Below are positions 15,752 through 18,751 of a DNA stretch of 18,751 bases, one piece after another (the first letter of the stretch is position 1; each line of letters begins with the position of its first letter). Both the position numbers and the translations under genes were made by a program. Source of the stretch: an uncultured Candidatus Saccharibacteria bacterium (GTDB taxonomy: Bacteria; Patescibacteriota; Minisyncoccia; UBA6257; UBA11618); NCBI GenBank assembly GCA_964432405.1, contig CAYSNH010000002.1:24695-43445 (forward strand). Reading direction: 5' to 3'. The notes beneath the pieces were generated by a model, which searched no databases, was not told where the DNA came from, and worked only from the letters and a program-made list of their open reading frames with translations.

Positions 15752-15813
15752 CTGGAGCACCTACGCCGGGGAGATTGCCATCTGGTGTAATTTACGATCC
15801 GGCTAGGCTCCAG
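15752..15813 (+). other. GC-rich imperfect stem-loop in the thyX / MazG-like intercistronic spacer
   Basis: CTGGAGC (15752-15758) pairs with GCTCCAG (15807-15813), CTA with TAG (15761-63 / 15804-06), and GCCGG with CCGGC (15765-69 / 15799-803). That gives about 15 bp with two small bulges and a roughly 29 nt apical region. No U-tract follows. Confidence 0.4.
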
Positions 15814-15880
15814 TTCGTGCTTACCGTAAAACTCATGAATAAAAAATCTTTTTCACCCCTTTTGTTAGAGGAATAAAATT

Positions 15881-16198
15881 ATGACCCTACGAGGAAGCGA
15901 AGCATTTCATCATGAACTCGGTGAGATGGGAAAGCTGCACGATAAGAAGCAAAATGACTATGGGAGTCCCTATGACCCTTTTTCCAATGTGAGGGCGTCC
16001 GAAGACTTTGGAATATCAGCGTGGCTGGGATGTCTCATTCGAATGAATGACAAGATGTCTAGACTGAAGACATTTGCAAGAAAAGGATCTCTCAGCAATG
16101 AAAGTGTGGAAGATTCTTTACGAGACTTGGCAGTTTACGCGATCATTGCTCTCTGCCTATATCAGGAAGAAAGTGACAGAGATGATAAAGGAAAGTAG
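15881..16198 (+). CDS. All-alpha NTP pyrophosphohydrolase-like protein (MazG-like / DUF1599-like)
   Basis: 105 aa. ELGEMGKL resembles the MazG EExGE helix, and VEDSLRDLAVYAIIAL resembles the MazG ExxaDvlxYxxxla helix. The central KQNDYG...RMNDKMSRLK resembles what I recall of DUF1599. The SD AGAGGA lies 8 nt upstream of the ATG. The family assignment is from memory only. Confidence 0.5.
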   Translation: MTLRGSEAFHHELGEMGKLHDKKQNDYGSPYDPFSNVRASEDFGISAWLGCLIRMNDKMSRLKTFARKGSLSNESVEDSLRDLAVYAIIALCLYQEESDRDDKGK

Positions 16199-16328
16199 GA
16201 GAAGAATATGGCGCGTTAATCCAGACAGCGTAACAACTGATCCTGAGCAAGAAGTATCGACTGAATCGATGTTTACCGATAGTCTAGTTGATGTTTTTCT
16301 ATTACTAGAAAATCACTCTAGATAGTTG

Positions 16329-16400
16329 TGAGCATTGTGGGAATCGAACCCACAACCTCTACCTCATCAAGGTAGCGCTCTACCATTGAGCTAAACACTC
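16329..16400 (-). tRNA. tRNA-Ile (anticodon GAU), atypical G at position 37
   Basis: Hand-folded 72 nt cloverleaf: acceptor GAGTGTT/AATGCTC (two adjacent G-U pairs), D-arm GCTC-AATGGTA-GAGC, anticodon arm CTACC-TTGATGA-GGTAG, variable loop AGGTT, T-arm GTGGG-TTCGATT-CCCAC, discriminator A. No CCA is encoded. Confidence 0.8.
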
Positions 16401-16401
16401 T

Positions 16402-16429
16402 GAAACCCCTCAAAAGGGGTTTCTTTTTA
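16402..16429. terminator. Hairpin between rplL and tRNA-Ile; a T-run follows it only on the + strand
   Basis: Perfect 9 bp stem GAAACCCCT (16402-16410) with AGGGGTTTC (16415-16423), loop CAAA, then TTTTTATTT on the + strand. On the minus strand it lies 3 nt after the rplL stop and 1 nt before the tRNA 5' end, with no U-tract. Confidence 0.55.
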
Positions 16430-16939
16430 TTTCAGTTCAACTGCAGCACCAGCTTCCTCTAACTTGCCTTTCATCTCTTCAGCCTCTTCTTTCTTTACAG
16501 CTTCTTTAATGGTGCTAGGAGCGCCATCAACTAATGCTTTAGCTTCTTGTAAGCCTAAACCAGAAATCTCCTTAACGGCTTTGATGACCTGAATCTTCTG
16601 AGCACCGGCGTCCTTAAGGACCACATCGTACTCGCTTTTCTCTTCAGCGCCACCTTCACCACCTGCACCAGCAACAGCGACTGGCATAGCAGCGGAAACA
16701 TCAAAACGGCTTTCGATAGCTTTAACTAACTCAGATAGCTCCAAAGCATTCATCTTCTCAACTTTATCAAGAAGATCTTTATACTTCTTCTCTAATTCAG
16801 CTGCCTCTTCAGTTTTCTCTTCTTTTACTTCTTCAGCTGGTTTTTCTTCAGCTTTCTCCTCTTTCTTTTCTTCTACTTTTTCCTCAGCAGCTGGCTGAGC
16901 TTCCTCTTTAGTTTCTTCTACTTTTTTATCTTCTGCCAT
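16427..16939 (-). CDS. rplL: 50S ribosomal protein L7/L12 with an N-terminal E/K-rich extension of about 50 aa
   Basis: 170 aa. Residues about 51-170 align with canonical L7/L12: [31 protein letters not shown], an A/G hinge, then [39 protein letters not shown]...EAGAAVELK. The ATG lies 4 nt after the rplJ stop. Confidence 0.9.
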   Translation of the reverse strand: MAEDKKVEETKEEAQPAAEEKVEEKKEEKAEEKPAEEVKEEKTEEAAELEKKYKDLLDKVEKMNALELSELVKAIESRFDVSAAMPVAVAGAGGEGGAEEKSEYDVVLKDAGAQKIQVIKAVKEISGLGLQEAKALVDGAPSTIKEAVKKEEAEEMKGKLEEAGAAVELK

Positions 16940-16943
16940 AGTT

Positions 16944-17453
16944 TTATTGAGTTTCTAATTGTTCTTTTCGACTATTAAGAGCGAACATTAATTTCTTAAT
17001 TGGCATAGTGAATACGATAGCCACTTGAGCCAATAGAATTTCTTTGGTTGGTAATTTAGCAAGAATATTAAATTCATCAAGGGTAATGATCTTTTTATCT
17101 TTAAGATCATAGCCTCCTAGAACATTTAATTCCTTTTCTTCTCCAGCTAATGCTTTAGCGAAGTTATGTATACTACCAGCCACAGATACGATCTCATCAG
17201 GAACAAAAATTACAGCTGCCTGAGCATCAAATTGAGTTGGGTCATAATCAACCCCAGCTTCTTGAAAAGAAAGTTTCAAGAGTCTCTTTTTAATGACGGC
17301 CATCTTAGCTCCCGCCTCTCTTAATAAGCTTCTGAAAGATTGTAAATTGGTGACAGGAACGCCTGAGAAATCAACAAATAGTACACTATGACTACCTTTA
17401 ATTAACTCTGCTCCCTGAGCAATTTGTTCTTTCTTTTGTTGTTTTGTAAGCAT
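16944..17453 (-). CDS. rplJ: 50S ribosomal protein L10
   Basis: 169 aa. [58 protein letters not shown] is typical of L10. It lies directly upstream of rplL. Confidence 0.9.
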   Translation of the reverse strand: MLTKQQKKEQIAQGAELIKGSHSVLFVDFSGVPVTNLQSFRSLLREAGAKMAVIKKRLLKLSFQEAGVDYDPTQFDAQAAVIFVPDEIVSVAGSIHNFAKALAGEEKELNVLGGYDLKDKKIITLDEFNILAKLPTKEILLAQVAIVFTMPIKKLMFALNSRKEQLETQ

Positions 17454-17553
17454 GCTCTTAATTAGAAATTAAAAAACGACCTTTCGGCCGCAGACATATA
17501 CAAATTTAAGTATTATCCTCGGTAGGTCTTACAACTGCCTACGGTCTGCGGAA
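17454..17553 (-). promoter_or_regulatory. Structured rplJ 5' leader (L10-leader-like) with a terminator-like hairpin
   Basis: Minus strand: CCGCAGAC (17551-17544) pairs with GTCTGCGG (17495-17488), enclosing the hairpin GTAGG/CCTAC (17542-17538 / 17526-17522). This is followed by CGGCC-GAAA-GGTCG plus TTTTTT (17490-17471), which shares 3 nt with the long stem. It ends 17 nt before the rplJ ATG. Confidence 0.45.
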
Positions 17554-17560
17554 CAAGATT

Positions 17561-17589
17561 AAGATAACAATCTTTGATTAAATAGTCAA
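17561..17589 (-). promoter_or_regulatory. Putative rplJL promoter
   Basis: Minus strand reads TTGACT (17584-17589), 17 nt spacer, TATCTT (17561-17566), just downstream of the trmD stop. Confidence 0.35.
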
Positions 17590-17594
17590 TAATC

Positions 17595-18227
17595 CTAGTG
17601 CTTCTTTCGCCAATCACTAATTTTTTGATGATTGCCGGAAAGTAACACTTTAGGAACTTTTAACTTCTTTTTATTGATAATGAACTCTTCCGGTCGTGTG
17701 TAAACAGGATAGCTGCCTTTAATACTTTCTAAAGACTCCTGCTTACCCAAAACACCTGGGATAAAACGAGCCACCGCATCAACCACCAACATAGCTGGCA
17801 CCTCCCCGCCAGATAAAACAAAATCACCTATCGAGATCTCCTCATCGGCAATGTGCTTAGCTACTCGCTCGTCAACCCCTTCATAACGGCCGCAGATAAG
17901 GATTAATTGATCATATTTAGCTAGTCTTTTAGCGTTTTTTTCATCAAATTTTTTACCACGAGTACTAAATAAAACAACGCGGGACTTTTTGCGAGTCTTT
18001 TTCTTGGCTGCCTGAACAGCTTTATAAATAGAGTCTACTTTTAAGACCATGCCTGGACCACCGCCATAAGGAGCGCCATCAACAACATGATGTTTATCGG
18101 TGGTAAAGTCACGAGGATTATGAATGTCTATTTTTATTTTTTTCCTTTCCTGAGCTTTTTTAAGAATGGACTGATTGAAGTAATCGCCAAAGGCTTCAGG
18201 AATAACGGAAACTATATCGAATCTCAT
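17595..18227 (-). CDS. trmD: tRNA (guanine37-N1)-methyltransferase TrmD
   Basis: MRFDIVSVIPEAFGDYF...DGAPYGGGPGMVL...LICGRYEGVDERV...SIGDFVLSGGE are TrmD hallmarks. I prefer ATG 18227 over the track's GTG 18251. Confidence 0.9.
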   Translation of the reverse strand: MRFDIVSVIPEAFGDYFNQSILKKAQERKKIKIDIHNPRDFTTDKHHVVDGAPYGGGPGMVLKVDSIYKAVQAAKKKTRKKSRVVLFSTRGKKFDEKNAKRLAKYDQLILICGRYEGVDERVAKHIADEEISIGDFVLSGGEVPAMLVVDAVARFIPGVLGKQESLESIKGSYPVYTRPEEFIINKKKLKVPKVLLSGNHQKISDWRKKH

Positions 18228-18289
18228 ATATTTATTATATATAAAAACCACAATTAAAATAATGTGGCTTTTATATTTTTGAATTAAAT

Positions 18290-18568
18290 TTACTCGCTTT
18301 CAGAGGCCCGACCTCCTTCTGGCTCTTCAATTTTAAGGTTGACGCGAGCGTTATTCTTAACGCCAACGATTCTCAAAAGAGAGCGGATGGATTTAGCTGT
18401 TGAACCAGCCTTACCCACAACAACGCCCATATCTTGAGCATTAACCTTTAATGAAAGTAAAACTCCCATTTCATCTACTTTTCGATCAACTTGAACATCG
18501 TCTGGGTTATCAACGATAGCTTTAACAACGTATTCTAAAAATTCTTGATCGCTAGTGATATTAGCCAT
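18290..18568 (-). CDS. KH-domain RNA-binding protein (YlqC/UPF0109 family)
   Basis: 92 aa. LEYVVKAIVDNPDDVQV...VVGKAGSTAKSIRSLL contains the GxxG KH motif. It occupies the usual slot between rpsP and rimM/trmD. Confidence 0.85.
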   Translation of the reverse strand: MANITSDQEFLEYVVKAIVDNPDDVQVDRKVDEMGVLLSLKVNAQDMGVVVGKAGSTAKSIRSLLRIVGVKNNARVNLKIEEPEGGRASESE

Positions 18569-18639
18569 ATCTGTCTTTACAATCTATCTTTCCTGGTACC
18601 GACCTTTGAGTATATATAAAATATTACAATTAATTATTT

Positions 18640-18670
18640 AAAAGTCAACCGCGGGTTGACCGCGGTTGAC
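18640..18670 (-). terminator. Strong rho-independent terminator after the upstream partial gene
   Basis: Minus strand: perfect 11 bp stem GTCAACCGCGG / CCGCGGTTGAC with a 5 nt loop (18644-18670), followed by TTTTAAATAA. It starts 6 nt after the stop at 18677-18679. Confidence 0.75.
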
Positions 18671-18676
18671 TGATAC

Positions 18677-18751
18677 TTACATTGATGGAGTTTCTTCCTC
18701 AGCTGGAGCTTCCGCAGGAGCTTCTTCCATTGGAGATTCCATAGGAGCTTC
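18677..18751 (-). CDS. 3' end of a CDS with an acidic E/A/P-rich tail (possibly rpsP, by synteny only)
   Basis: The reverse complement reads EAPMESPMEEAPAEAPAEEETPSM then stop, open to the window edge. The gene upstream of the KH protein is commonly rpsP (S16). No diagnostic S16 sequence lies inside the window. Confidence 0.4.
   Translation of the reverse strand, partial: EAPMESPMEEAPAEAPAEEETPSM

Noticed and set aside
16074-16325. An 83-aa ORF overlapping the 3' third of the MazG-like gene. Also an SD (AGGAG) plus ATG at 16208 that opens only a 3-codon ORF (MAR-stop), one frame off from the long open frame.
   Set aside because: The first half is an out-of-frame overlap with a better-supported CDS, and the non-overlapping part has no in-frame start with an RBS. 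The SD-ATG followed by a frame break may be the remnant of a decayed gene between the cassette and the tRNA. I cannot support it as a functional CDS or as programmed frameshifting.
6937-18251. Track start codons TTG 6937 (recR), TTG 8251 (queuosine-salvage gene), GTG 14980 (thyX) and GTG 18251 (trmD).
   Set aside because: In each case a downstream ATG (6949, 8272, 15025 and 18227) matches the conserved family N-terminus or has a better RBS. The longer forms remain possible and cannot be excluded from sequence alone.
18644-18670. The tandem GTTGACCGCGG direct repeat as a possible CRISPR-like or satellite repeat.
   Set aside because: There are only two overlapping copies, and together they form a perfect 11 bp hairpin followed by a T-run directly after a stop codon. 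This is a terminator.

Overview
An 18.75 kb, tightly packed, roughly 40% GC bacterial fragment made up mostly of housekeeping genes. The style (short or overlapping intergenic gaps, broken-up conserved operons, few Shine-Dalgarno sites) suggests a reduced genome, possibly of the CPR/Patescibacteria type; that is inference only. Gene order: dnaK (partial) and grpE (-); two co-transcribed secreted cysteine-rich paralogs (-); cysS-dnaB-recR (+); a small membrane protein and rplU (-); a queuosine-salvage (DUF2419/QNG1-like) gene (+); tRNA-Glu(CUC) (-); a dcw cluster mraZ-rsmH-ftsL-like-ftsI-murF (-); a phosphoribosyltransferase-like gene (-) divergent from thyX plus a MazG/DUF1599-like gene (+); tRNA-Ile(GAU) (-); rplJ-rplL behind a structured leader (-); trmD (-); a KH-domain protein (-); and the 3' end of one more gene. 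I found no rRNA, CRISPR array, transposase, integrase or reverse transcriptase. The best candidate for an undescribed system is the accessory cassette at 14.0-16.4 kb. It has back-to-back consensus promoters driving a degenerate PRTase-like gene one way and thyX plus an all-alpha NTP-pyrophosphohydrolase-like gene the other. The thyX arm is about 50% GC and abuts the 3' end of an odd tRNA-Ile. Second is the secreted pair at 2.4-4.2 kb, which shares an 8-cysteine C-terminal module, in one case fused to a tail-fibre-like stalk. Other points: a predicted MraZ operator, an rplJ leader attenuator, an E/K-rich extension on L7/L12, -10 boxes abutting start codons (possible leaderless mRNAs), and tRNAs packed against upstream CDS ends. 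All family calls come from motif recognition by eye. No searches were run.
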